The notes beneath the pieces are model-generated. The model had not been told where the DNA came from. It was given only the letters and a program-made list of their open reading frames with translations, and did no database searches. A stretch of 64,000 bases of DNA from an uncultured virus (IMG/VR IMGVR_UViG_3300030060_006061). Lineage: Duplodnaviria > Heunggongvirae > Uroviricota > Caudoviricetes. The stretch is taken from the IMG/VR virus record IMGVR_UViG_3300030060_006061, positions 1-64,000 of that record; one strand, 5' to 3'. Position numbers and translations under genes: made by a program. Of the stretch, positions 48,970 through 59,160 are shown one piece after another; within the stretch, counting starts at the first letter, position 1, and every line of letters starts with the position of its first letter.

Positions 48970-51900
48970 ATGGCCATTAATAAGAATTTTGTAATTAAGA
49001 ATGGTGTTGAGGTAAATACTAATCTTCTTGTCGGTGATTCAACTTTAAGTAAAGTCGGTATTGCGACTACAGTTCCGGGATATACCCTTCATATTGGTGT
49101 CGGAGCAGGGGATCGTGGTGGAATTGGAGCGACTGACTTAACAGTCACTGGTGTTGCAACTATTGGAACACAAAATAGCACATCAGGTGCTTTGAATGTA
49201 GGTGGAATATCAACTTTCAGTGGGGACATATTTGTTGGTTCTGGTGCGACTATACAAGCAAATGGTAATGCGGCCTTTGCTGGTATAGGAACTTTTGGTG
49301 GTGATTTAAATGTAGGTGGAAACTTATCTGCTGGTGATTTCACAATTGATGAGATAACAGCGAGAAATATAAACGTAACTGGATTTGCCACATTCTCTGA
49401 GATAGGTGGTAATCTCATTCCCGATACTGATGACACTCATAGTATCGGTGCTGCCACAAGTGAATGGAAAGATTTATTCATAGATGGAACTGCAAAGATT
49501 GACACTCTTACTGTTGATGAAAGTGCTACCGTTACTGTAGATGTAACAGTCGGATCTGGAGTCACACTTCAAAGACATGGTGGAGTTTCAATTGCTGGTA
49601 TCACAACAGTTGGTGGTAATCTACTTGCTGGTGGAGATATTTTACCAGATGAGGATGGATCAAGAGATCTTGGATCAAGTTCAAAAGAGTTCCAAGACTT
49701 ATTCATAGATGGAACAGCAAATATTGACTCCTTATCTGCTGACACAGCAATAATTGGTGACTTGACCGATAACAGAGTTGTCATCGTTGGTTCTGGTGGA
49801 GAACTTGAAGATAGTGGTAATTTAACGTTTGATGGTACTAAATTAGCAACAACTGCCTTTAACGTAAGCACTGGAGCAACCATAGCCAACAACGGTAATG
49901 CAGCATTCGCTGGTATAGTCACTGCAAATGGTGGTATTCGTATTGGTACTGTAGTAACGGTTGATTCTAACACTGGTAATGCAACCTTTGCCGGTGTCAC
50001 AACAACAGGTGAGAATCTTGGTGGATTTAAGAGATTAGTTGGAGCAGCGAGTTCAACTGTTGTATCAATCGCAGTTACAGTCGCAGCCAAGACAGCAGAT
50101 CACAGATACTTTGGACAAGGATCAGGAAATGGATATTGGTTAGATGGAGTTCAATCACCATTCCTTACATTAGTTCCCGGAAAATTATATTACTTTGATC
50201 AGTCTCATAGCACAAACAGTGGTCATCCACTTCGTTTCTATCTTGAACAGGATAAGGCAAATGCATATACAACAGAGATAACAACTGGAGGATCACCCGG
50301 TAGTTCAGGTGCATATACACAAATCGGAATCGGAACTGCATCCAATGAGAACAATCATCCAGCAGTCCTTCATTATCAGTGTTCATCTCATGCTTTGATG
50401 GGTAATGCGGTTGCAACTCAATCAAATGCAGTTAATTTGCCAGATTCAGTAGTCACAACGGTTCGTGGTAATTTATTACCGGGCACTGATAGTTCATATG
50501 ACATTGGAGCTAGTGGAACAAGATTTACTAACATCTATGGTGATACTTTACATGGTGATGGTTCAAACTTAACTAATTTACCTACTCAAGTATCGATTGC
50601 AAACAATGCAGACAACCGAGTAATCACAGGTGGTAGTGGTGTCAACTTAAATGGTGAAGCAAACCTCACATTTGATGGATCAACACTTGGAATCACTGGA
50701 AGTATTGATCTAAGTGCAGATATTGATGTTGATGGAACTGCAAACCTTGATACTGTAGATGTTGACGGAACCGCAAACTTTGCTGATGATGTAACCCTTG
50801 TTGCTGCTGGTAGTAGCACAATATTATTTGATGCATCTGCATTCGATTTAACATTTCAAGATAATATTAGAGCAAAGTTCGGAACAGGAAAAGATTTAGC
50901 CATATATCATGATGGCAGCAATTCTTTCATCGATGATACTGGAACTGGGGATTTAAATATTTCTGGTAGTATCGTAAGATTGCAGGATAGTAATCGACTT
51001 ACTTTGGCGAGAGGTGTAGAGAGTGGTGCGTTTGAGCTCTATCATAATAATTTAAATAGACTTGAGACCACAGCTGACGGAGTTGAAGTTGGTGTTTCAT
51101 CCATTCACGTAAATGGAAACGCTGCATTCCCCGGAATCACTACATTAGGAAAACCCGGTGCTGGAAGTGAGGTTATAATAAACAACAGATTGACCGTCAA
51201 TAGTGGTGCAAATATATCTGGTATTGCGACACTAGCGCAAGCGTATATTGCTAAACTAGCACAGAGTAACGGAACATCTGGTAGTGTTAATGAAGTTCCA
51301 GTTGCAAACGGTTCAGGTGGTTGGAACTGGGCACCTGTAAACACCGCCGGTGCGAGTGACATTCAGGGTATTACTGTTCAGGAAGAAGGTTCAAACGTTG
51401 GTACTGCAGGTAGTATTAACACGATAAACTTCACTGGCACCGACATCACTGCGTCTGCATCAGGACAAACTGCAACGATAAACGTCAGTTCAACAATTCA
51501 GGGTATAAGCACAGCAAATCAGTCATATTTACATGACATCACTCAAACTGGTGTTACAACAATCACATCAGATCAAGAAGCAGCTATAAATGTTGGAACT
51601 TCAGCAACAATATACAAACTTGGTAACATCAGGACTGTTGGTGTTATTACTGCTCGTGGTGGACTTGTTATCAGTGATTCTACAGATAGAAGTTCTAATG
51701 GTGGATTAATAGTTGGAACTGCTGGAACGATACAATCAAATGGTGCAGCTGCATTTGCTGGAATCGTAACTGCTGGTGGTGGTTTCAATATTGGTATTCA
51801 ATCTGCTGGTATTGTTATTGCGAAGAACGTTGGTATCAATACACTTAACTTTGTTGGATCTGGTAACTCAATCACTTACTTCGCTGCAACAAACACTCTT

Positions 51901-52254
51901 GATGTTAGTATCGCAGGGTCAAGTGGAGGTGGAGGAGGAGGTGTCTCGGAAACAGAGACAGCAGTTTCATCTACAAGTGCAACAAGCACTGGTAGCTTTG
52001 CGAAGGCAAGTTTCCGATCTGCATCTATCCTAGCACAGATAACGCAAGGATCTGCATTCCAAGTTGGTCGATACTTGTTAATACATGATGGCACGACAGT
52101 TACAACGATTGAAGAATCGGCAGTCGCAACCGGATCAATGCTTGGAACATTTGAAGGTGTGATAAATGGTTCAAATGTTGAGTTCAGGGTGACGATGAGT
52201 AGCTCTTCTTCTGCAACAGTTACAACTAAGATTGATACAATCTCGATACCATAG
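48970..52254 (+). CDS. Tail fibre protein
   Basis: MAINKNFVIKNG start, GNAAFAGI and DLFIDGTA repeats, HPLRF...YQCSSHALMG insert. Confidence 0.85.
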   Translation: MAINKNFVIKNGVEVNTNLLVGDSTLSKVGIATTVPGYTLHIGVGAGDRGGIGATDLTVTGVATIGTQNSTSGALNVGGISTFSGDIFVGSGATIQANGNAAFAGIGTFGGDLNVGGNLSAGDFTIDEITARNINVTGFATFSEIGGNLIPDTDDTHSIGAATSEWKDLFIDGTAKIDTLTVDESATVTVDVTVGSGVTLQRHGGVSIAGITTVGGNLLAGGDILPDEDGSRDLGSSSKEFQDLFIDGTANIDSLSADTAIIGDLTDNRVVIVGSGGELEDSGNLTFDGTKLATTAFNVSTGATIANNGNAAFAGIVTANGGIRIGTVVTVDSNTGNATFAGVTTTGENLGGFKRLVGAASSTVVSIAVTVAAKTADHRYFGQGSGNGYWLDGVQSPFLTLVPGKLYYFDQSHSTNSGHPLRFYLEQDKANAYTTEITTGGSPGSSGAYTQIGIGTASNENNHPAVLHYQCSSHALMGNAVATQSNAVNLPDSVVTTVRGNLLPGTDSSYDIGASGTRFTNIYGDTLHGDGSNLTNLPTQVSIANNADNRVITGGSGVNLNGEANLTFDGSTLGITGSIDLSADIDVDGTANLDTVDVDGTANFADDVTLVAAGSSTILFDASAFDLTFQDNIRAKFGTGKDLAIYHDGSNSFIDDTGTGDLNISGSIVRLQDSNRLTLARGVESGAFELYHNNLNRLETTADGVEVGVSSIHVNGNAAFPGITTLGKPGAGSEVIINNRLTVNSGANISGIATLAQAYIAKLAQSNGTSGSVNEVPVANGSGGWNWAPVNTAGASDIQGITVQEEGSNVGTAGSINTINFTGTDITASASGQTATINVSSTIQGISTANQSYLHDITQTGVTTITSDQEAAINVGTSATIYKLGNIRTVGVITARGGLVISDSTDRSSNGGLIVGTAGTIQSNGAAAFAGIVTAGGGFNIGIQSAGIVIAKNVGINTLNFVGSGNSITYFAATNTLDVSIAGSSGGGGGGVSETETAVSSTSATSTGSFAKASFRSASILAQITQGSAFQVGRYLLIHDGTTVTTIEESAVATGSMLGTFEGVINGSNVEFRVTMSSSSSATVTTKIDTISIP

Positions 52255-52264
52255 GTGATATAAC

Positions 52265-53632
52265 ATGGCAACCTTTCGCGTTGGTGTAGGATCTTTTAAC
52301 ATACAAGATGGAGCTGTCGGTTTTGGTACTGATATAGATGGTCTTGGAAATTTAAGAGTTAAAGGTGTAACAAAAACAACGGGTTCGATAGTATCTGGTG
52401 CATCAACACTCACCAGATATTCTGGTTTTGCTGCGGATAATATTAATCAACTTGAAAATATTACACTTACATCAGAAGTTGGGACGATTGGAGATATTGT
52501 AGTTGGTGTTGGCACATCAGTCATTATATCAAGTGCATCAACAGTCACAGTTGGAACAGTTGAAAGTGTGAGTATCGGAACTCATTTCTCTCCTCCAACA
52601 GGTGGTATTGAAGAAAGGGGAGATAATTTTATTGAGGGTATGATGAGATTCAACACGGATCTCAATACGATGGAGTTCTATAATGGCGATGAGTGGAGAC
52701 AATTCACTTATCTTGCAGATATTCAAAATAGCCCGGGAAGTCGTGGTCGCGGTTTATTTGGTGGTGGACAACCAGGCCCAAGTAGAAAAAAAATAGACTC
52801 AGTAGAAATAATGAGTCAAGGTAATGGAGTTGATTTTGGTGATCTTATTGCGGGTCACTCAAATAAAGGTGCTTACTCTAGTAATATAAGGGGTATATTT
52901 ATTGGTGGAGCAACTACTGATAATATGGATTACGTAACCATCGCATCACGAGGAGATGGAATTGATTTTGGAAATTTAACATTAGCAAGAGGATATTCAC
53001 CCGGCACTTCATCCTCAACAAGAGGTTTATGTCTTGGTGGATGGGCAGGATCAAACCCACCATCAAATATAATTGATTATGTGGAGATAGTAACTCTTGG
53101 AGACGCACTTGATTTCGGTGATTTATTTACTGGAAGATATTCTCATAGTTGTTTCTCCTCTCCAACTCGTGCTTTTGCTTACACTGGATCTAATAATAAC
53201 AATGGAACCATTGAAGGATCTATTGAAATGGTGACAATAGCAGCAAAGGGTAATGGAACAGATTTTGGTGAACCTGTCATAGCAAGTAACTATCATCAAA
53301 ACGGATGTTCATCCTCTATTAGAGGTCTCTTGGCAGGTGGTGCAAATCCAGCATATACCACTAGCATACAATCTATTACAATGGCATCATCAGGTTCTGC
53401 GGAGATTGGTGGTGATTTAACAGTAAGAAGACAGAGGCCTGGTGCATCATCAACTGAAACTCGAGCTATATTTTATGGTGGAAGATCAGATGGAGGTGCA
53501 ACACTTAGCACTATTGATTTTGTTTCAATAGCGTCATTAGGTAATGCACAAGATTTTGGCGATATAAATGATAAAGATAATTACACTAAAGCTGGTTTAT
53601 CAGATTCCCACGGTGGATTAGGAGGTTACTGA
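52265..53632 (+). CDS. Fibre plus six-repeat Kelch-like propeller, paralog 1 (intact junction)
   Basis: PTGGIEER...GMMRFNTD...EFYNG..W then six GNxxDFGD repeats, ends SDSHGGLGGY. Confidence 0.8.
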   Translation: MATFRVGVGSFNIQDGAVGFGTDIDGLGNLRVKGVTKTTGSIVSGASTLTRYSGFAADNINQLENITLTSEVGTIGDIVVGVGTSVIISSASTVTVGTVESVSIGTHFSPPTGGIEERGDNFIEGMMRFNTDLNTMEFYNGDEWRQFTYLADIQNSPGSRGRGLFGGGQPGPSRKKIDSVEIMSQGNGVDFGDLIAGHSNKGAYSSNIRGIFIGGATTDNMDYVTIASRGDGIDFGNLTLARGYSPGTSSSTRGLCLGGWAGSNPPSNIIDYVEIVTLGDALDFGDLFTGRYSHSCFSSPTRAFAYTGSNNNNGTIEGSIEMVTIAAKGNGTDFGEPVIASNYHQNGCSSSIRGLLAGGANPAYTTSIQSITMASSGSAEIGGDLTVRRQRPGASSTETRAIFYGGRSDGGATLSTIDFVSIASLGNAQDFGDINDKDNYTKAGLSDSHGGLGGY

Positions 53633-55002
53633 TGGCTGAAATACGTTTTAATTACGGCGATAAATTTACACAAACATCAGATTCAAACACTGGTATTGGA
53701 TCAACAAATCCTGCTGCAAAATTAGACATAGCAGGTGGAACAAGTGCAGGAAGTCTCCGAGTCTCAGGTATTGCAACTCTTTCTTCATATCAGGGATTTG
53801 TAAATACTAAATTATCAACAACAGAGAATTTAATTGTTGAAGCAGGTCAAAGTGGATCTGTTTCTGGAGAGGTCGTTGTCAGCACAGGACAAACAATATC
53901 AGTATCAACAGGTGCGACCACAGGACAAGGTGGGATTCAGAGTCTGAAGGTAAGTCAAACATTCATGCCACCTGTTGGAGGAACTGCTGATCGACCAACT
54001 GATGTCAAACCCGGAATGGTTTACTATAATAAAGACTTCAAGACAATTGAGTTCTGGGATGGTAATTTCTGGAAGCAGGTAGATAATACAATAAGATCTA
54101 GTCGTGCTGTATTTACAGGTGGTGCTTATTCTTCTTATGGGGATTTTATTGATTTTGTAAATATTTCAACTCTTGGAAATGCACAAGAATTTGGAAGAAC
54201 TATTACTTCTGCTAGATTTTTTGCTGCATGCTCCTCTGGAACTCGTGGTGTTTATGCTGTTGGATATAAATCTCCGGGAGCTAGTGCAAATGAAATTGAA
54301 TATATTACAATTGCCTCAGAGGGAAACGCGATTGATTTTGGTGATAGCACTGTATCAGGGTATGCTCAATCATCTTTAAGTAGTTCAACTCGTGGTATTT
54401 GGGGAGGAAGACAAAGCCCCTCTGGATATTCAAATGTAATTGATTATGTAGAAATAGCAAGTATTGGTAATGCGGTTGATTTTGGTGATACAACCACACC
54501 ATTGGATGGTGCTGCTGGAGTTGCATCACCGACTAGAGGAGTCATATGTGGTGGAAGAAATCCAGATTCTGGATCAACTGGTGTAAGTAATAATCAATTT
54601 ATCACGATAGCATCCAAAGGTAATGCAAATGATGATGGTGATTTAACTCACAGAAGAAAAGATCTAGGTGGATTGTCAAACTCCACGAGAGGAATTCTTA
54701 GTGGTGGTAGAGATGGTTCTGCTGGAATACAGTTTTCTGATATCGACTTCATTACAATTGCGTCTTTAGGAAATGCACAAGATTTTGGTAATCTTACTTT
54801 TTCCGGTGCATATCTAGCATCAGCATCAAATCAAATTCGTGGTGTTACAGCTGGTGGAAACAGTGCGCCAAATTATTGGAATATAATTAATTTTGTAACA
54901 ATTGCAACTACAGGAAACGCACAAGATTTTGGCGATTTAACTGTTGGAAGATACGCACTTGGTGCTTTATCAGATTCCCATGGCGGACTAGGAGGTTTCT
55001 AA
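53632..55002 (+). CDS. Propeller paralog 2 (intact junction)
   Basis: PVGGTADRP...GMVYYNKD...EFWDG..W, six repeats, SDSHGGLGGF. Confidence 0.8.
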   Translation: MAEIRFNYGDKFTQTSDSNTGIGSTNPAAKLDIAGGTSAGSLRVSGIATLSSYQGFVNTKLSTTENLIVEAGQSGSVSGEVVVSTGQTISVSTGATTGQGGIQSLKVSQTFMPPVGGTADRPTDVKPGMVYYNKDFKTIEFWDGNFWKQVDNTIRSSRAVFTGGAYSSYGDFIDFVNISTLGNAQEFGRTITSARFFAACSSGTRGVYAVGYKSPGASANEIEYITIASEGNAIDFGDSTVSGYAQSSLSSSTRGIWGGRQSPSGYSNVIDYVEIASIGNAVDFGDTTTPLDGAAGVASPTRGVICGGRNPDSGSTGVSNNQFITIASKGNANDDGDLTHRRKDLGGLSNSTRGILSGGRDGSAGIQFSDIDFITIASLGNAQDFGNLTFSGAYLASASNQIRGVTAGGNSAPNYWNIINFVTIATTGNAQDFGDLTVGRYALGALSDSHGGLGGF

Positions 55003-55003
55003 G

Positions 55004-56419
55004 ATGGCAACAATACGTAGAGCTGGTTTTGGCACTGTATTTGAACTCGAAAACGATGTTGTCGGGATCGGAACTGATAATCCAACTCATAAGTTACAAG
55101 CACTCGGTAATATTCGATCAGAGGCAGCAACTGATATTGGTATCTCTTCTCTTACAACTTATCAAGGATTTACAGATAAGGAAGCAAGATTTACAACTGG
55201 ACAGATTGATAATCAATCACAGTCAGGATCAACATCAGGTGAGATTGTAATTGATGGTGATGTCACAGTTTCATCTGCAACGACATTCACAAGTGGCCCA
55301 CAGAATCTAACAGTCACTGATACATTTACTCTTCCATCAGGAGACACTAATAGTCGTGCATTGAAACCAACTGCAGGAAGTTTGAGATTCAATCAAGATT
55401 TTGCAACACTTGAATTTTACACAGGTAATAACTGGGCAACGGTAAATACATTTACTGAAATGCAAAACAGCCCCGGAAATCGTGGTCGTGGTATAACTGC
55501 TGGATCATATCCCGGTGAAGTAGAACATATCGAATTTATAAACATTGCAACAAAGGGAAATTCACTTGATTTTGGTGAAATGACAGAGCATCAAGGATTA
55601 ATGGATGCAGCATCATCATCAACAAGAATGGTTATTTCGGGAGGATATAATTCTGGATTTGGAGGTGGTGCAGTTACGGATATACAGTATGTTACAATGG
55701 CATCGGAAGGAAATACAATAGATTTTGGTGATCAGACTCAAGTAACCTATGGAACGGGAGCGAGTTCAAGTTCAACTCGTGCTTTGATTATGGGTGGAAA
55801 TAGAACTCCTGATGTTTCGCCATTTGATGATGGAAATGATGGTAACAATACGATTTGCACCATCGAAATGGCAACGATAGGAAATGCAATTGATTTTGGT
55901 GATTTAAGTGCACGAAGAGCATATCCAAGTGCTTGTGGAGATCCTGTTCGTATGGTATTATTTGGTGGATATAGTAATGATGTTGGATCACCTCTTGGTT
56001 TGAGGAGTTCAGATACTGTAATCTATGCTTCTCATGGAAATGGGGTTGATTTTGGTGAGGCATCACATGGTGGATCTAATAAAGCAGGATCAAACTCGAC
56101 AAGAGGTATTTGGGCTGGAACAAGTGGGGGAAGTAATACTTATACTAACATCATATATACAGTTTCTATTCAAACTTTAGGTAATTCAACTGATTTTGGT
56201 GATAGAACTTATGGTTATGTTGGTTCTGCTATGTCATCACAAACTCGCATGGTGATGTCTGGTGGAAAAAATGCTGCATCCCCATATGCAACAACTAATA
56301 TAATGGATTTTATTGAGATTGCATCATCTGGAAATGCACAAGATTTTGGCGATATTGGTTTTGATCAAGCTGATGCTGCTGGAACATCAGACTCTCACGG
56401 TGGACTAGGAGGTTTCTAA
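55004..56419 (+). CDS. Propeller paralog 3 (intact junction)
   Basis: LPSGDTNSR...GSLRFNQD...EFYTG..W, six repeats, SDSHGGLGGF. Confidence 0.8.
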   Translation: MATIRRAGFGTVFELENDVVGIGTDNPTHKLQALGNIRSEAATDIGISSLTTYQGFTDKEARFTTGQIDNQSQSGSTSGEIVIDGDVTVSSATTFTSGPQNLTVTDTFTLPSGDTNSRALKPTAGSLRFNQDFATLEFYTGNNWATVNTFTEMQNSPGNRGRGITAGSYPGEVEHIEFINIATKGNSLDFGEMTEHQGLMDAASSSTRMVISGGYNSGFGGGAVTDIQYVTMASEGNTIDFGDQTQVTYGTGASSSSTRALIMGGNRTPDVSPFDDGNDGNNTICTIEMATIGNAIDFGDLSARRAYPSACGDPVRMVLFGGYSNDVGSPLGLRSSDTVIYASHGNGVDFGEASHGGSNKAGSNSTRGIWAGTSGGSNTYTNIIYTVSIQTLGNSTDFGDRTYGYVGSAMSSQTRMVMSGGKNAASPYATTNIMDFIEIASSGNAQDFGDIGFDQADAAGTSDSHGGLGGF

Positions 56420-56420
56420 C

Positions 56421-58112
56421 ATGGCAAATTTAAGAACGAACAATTTATCAGGAGAGCAAGGACAGAATGCCTATCGTGGGTCTGTTTTTTTCAATGACGA
56501 TGGTGGTGGAAATGGGAGTGATAGTCTCACGGTTCCAGCTGGGTCAGATTTTGCATATGGCACGGGTGATTTTACATTTGAAGCGTATGTATGGATATCG
56601 AGATATAGTGGTGGCACGAGGCTTATTTTTTCACAGACTGTAAGCGGAACTAATTATATTCTTTTTGGTGTCACCTCATCTGGTCAGGTGACAACGATTC
56701 TTGGACATTCAAACCAAGTTACGTCAACAGAGACTATCGCTGAAAATTCTTGGAATCATGTCGCAGTTAGCAGAGCATCAGGCACTGTGAAGGTATTTGT
56801 TAATGGTGATGCATCTTCTGGATCATCGATCACCACAGATTTAAATGATACAACAAGAATTCCAACAATCGGAAAATATACACACTCAACTCAACTTCAA
56901 TGGAAGGGATACATTTCAAATTTCAGAATAACAAAAGGAGAGGCACTTTATACAGTAAGTTTCATTCCACCAACAACTGAACTGACAGCAGATGCAAATA
57001 CAGTTTTATTATGTTGTCAAAATTCTGATGATGTAACACAAGAGGCAACAGGAAAAACAATCACTGCAAGCGGAAATCTTGCAACTGTAGGTTACAATAA
57101 AACACAACCAAAAGTTATTCCACCATACGGAGTGGATGCAGGAAACGCATTCGGAGGGCCAATCCAACAAAACACTCAAGGATATATGTATTTCCAATCA
57201 GGAAGAACAGAGGAAAGAGGTGGAACTCGTGCTTTAATGATTGGAGGTTTCTCACCGGGTGGTTCTGATACCATTAATTTTGTAAATGTTGCGACGGAGG
57301 GGACAGCTTTAGATTTTGGAAATTTGAGTAGAGCTGCTGGTTACTGTGGTGCAATGGGAGGTCGCACTAGAGGTGTCATACCTCTTCAATATCAAATGAC
57401 TCCCTCTGAAGCCACAACCAATATTATTGAATTTTTAACAATTTTAACTGAGGGGAATACACAAGATTTTGGTGATATGGCAACTAGCACTTATGGTAGA
57501 GCATCCGCATCTAATGATGTTAGAGGAATCATATCAGGAGGAGAAGCAACGGAAGATGCCATGGAATTTATTACATTAGCATCACTAGGAAATGGTAGCA
57601 GTTTTGGTGATTTAACTCAGGGAAGAAGAGAGCCTCAATCAACTGCTGATCCAACTCGCATGGTAACTGCTGGTGGTTATGCATCTCCTAGCACCGGCAC
57701 TAGGTATAATATTATTGATTTTGTGACCATTGCGACAACTGGAAATGCACAAGATTTTGGTGACTTGACAGTAACACGTTGGAAACCCGCTGCTTGTGCT
57801 GATGCCACAAGGGGTGTATTTGCAGGTGGAGGTACACCATCTAATTTAAATGTAATTGATTTTATTACAATTCAATCAACAGGAGATGCAACTGATTTTG
57901 GTGATTTGGTATTAACCAGTAGTCGTGGATCTGCAGGATCTGATTCTATAAGGGGTGTTATTTTCACTGGTTTTTCAGATACTGGATCACATACTGCCAA
58001 CATTGATAGCATAATTATTCAAACCACGGGAAGTGCAAAAAGATTTGGTGAGACGACAACAGATACTCATAGTACAGGTGGACTATCAAATGGTCATGGT
58101 GGTCTTTCATAA
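56421..58112 (+). CDS. Propeller paralog 4 with LamG/concanavalin-like domain (type B)
   Basis: GTGDFTFEAYV, WNHVAVSR, GYISNFRI, TVLLCCQ; six repeats. Confidence 0.8.
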   Translation: MANLRTNNLSGEQGQNAYRGSVFFNDDGGGNGSDSLTVPAGSDFAYGTGDFTFEAYVWISRYSGGTRLIFSQTVSGTNYILFGVTSSGQVTTILGHSNQVTSTETIAENSWNHVAVSRASGTVKVFVNGDASSGSSITTDLNDTTRIPTIGKYTHSTQLQWKGYISNFRITKGEALYTVSFIPPTTELTADANTVLLCCQNSDDVTQEATGKTITASGNLATVGYNKTQPKVIPPYGVDAGNAFGGPIQQNTQGYMYFQSGRTEERGGTRALMIGGFSPGGSDTINFVNVATEGTALDFGNLSRAAGYCGAMGGRTRGVIPLQYQMTPSEATTNIIEFLTILTEGNTQDFGDMATSTYGRASASNDVRGIISGGEATEDAMEFITLASLGNGSSFGDLTQGRREPQSTADPTRMVTAGGYASPSTGTRYNIIDFVTIATTGNAQDFGDLTVTRWKPAACADATRGVFAGGGTPSNLNVIDFITIQSTGDATDFGDLVLTSSRGSAGSDSIRGVIFTGFSDTGSHTANIDSIIIQTTGSAKRFGETTTDTHSTGGLSNGHGGLS

Positions 58113-58134
58113 ATATGAATAGGATAGTAGAACC

Positions 58135-59160
58135 ATGAGTTTTTCACCAAAAACTGTACCACTAGGAGCGATAAGATTCAACTCTGACTCACAGAAGTTA
58201 GAGTATTGGAATGGTAATATTTGGATGCAAATTCATACTTTCTCTCCAAATCTTGATGGTGGTACTAGAGGTATTTTTACTGGTATGGGTGCGATACCTA
58301 ATATGAGCCCATATGGAATTCAATTTATAACAATTCCAACTCAAGGAAATGCAACAGATTTTGGTGATATGGTTGATGCGAGATCAAACGTAGGGTCTTT
58401 TGCATCAAATGTTCGTGGAGTGTTTGGTGGTGGTTACAGCCCCACTCCAGATAATGATATTGATTTTGTTACCATACCATCAACAGGAAATGCAGTGGAT
58501 TTTGGTGATATGAATTACAATGCATTTGATACGGTTGGAGCATCAAATCAAACTCGTGGGTTATTTTTAGGAGGATCACCAAATAGTAGTGAGAATGGTG
58601 GTGTTAATAGTGTAGATTATGTAACAATTACGACAACAGGAAATGCAAAAGATTTTGGAGATTTATTTTTAAAATGTATGACTGCGGGAGCTGGTGCAAA
58701 TCCAGTAAGGGCAGTGGTTGCGAATGGAAAAGATGGCCCAGCACATTCAAATGTTATTTTTAGAGTTAACATAGCAACACTAGGTAATTCATCAGACTTT
58801 GGGGATCAGTCTACAAGCAGACAAACCATGGGTGCATGTTCAAATTCGGTTAGAATGGTATTTGGGGGTGGAGGCACTCCTACAAAAATATCTAGTATTG
58901 AAACTCTTTTGTTAGCGACTGAGGGTAACTCAGTATTATTTGGCGATCTTGGGGCTGCTAAATCTAGTCTTGGTGCTTGTTGTGATGCGACTCGTGCTGT
59001 ATTTGGTGCTGGTATATTCCACCCTGAAACTCATACAAATAATTTGGAATATATTAACATCGCCACTGGTGGTGATACAGTTGATTTTGGTGATTTATTG
59101 GATAATAGTAAAACATCAGGTGGCACTGGATTCTCAAATGGTCACGGAGGTCTCGGATAA
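58135..59160 (+). CDS. Propeller paralog 5 (type A, short)
   Basis: PLGAIRFNSDSQKLEYWNG then six repeats. Confidence 0.8.
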   Translation: MSFSPKTVPLGAIRFNSDSQKLEYWNGNIWMQIHTFSPNLDGGTRGIFTGMGAIPNMSPYGIQFITIPTQGNATDFGDMVDARSNVGSFASNVRGVFGGGYSPTPDNDIDFVTIPSTGNAVDFGDMNYNAFDTVGASNQTRGLFLGGSPNSSENGGVNSVDYVTITTTGNAKDFGDLFLKCMTAGAGANPVRAVVANGKDGPAHSNVIFRVNIATLGNSSDFGDQSTSRQTMGACSNSVRMVFGGGGTPTKISSIETLLLATEGNSVLFGDLGAAKSSLGACCDATRAVFGAGIFHPETHTNNLEYINIATGGDTVDFGDLLDNSKTSGGTGFSNGHGGLG

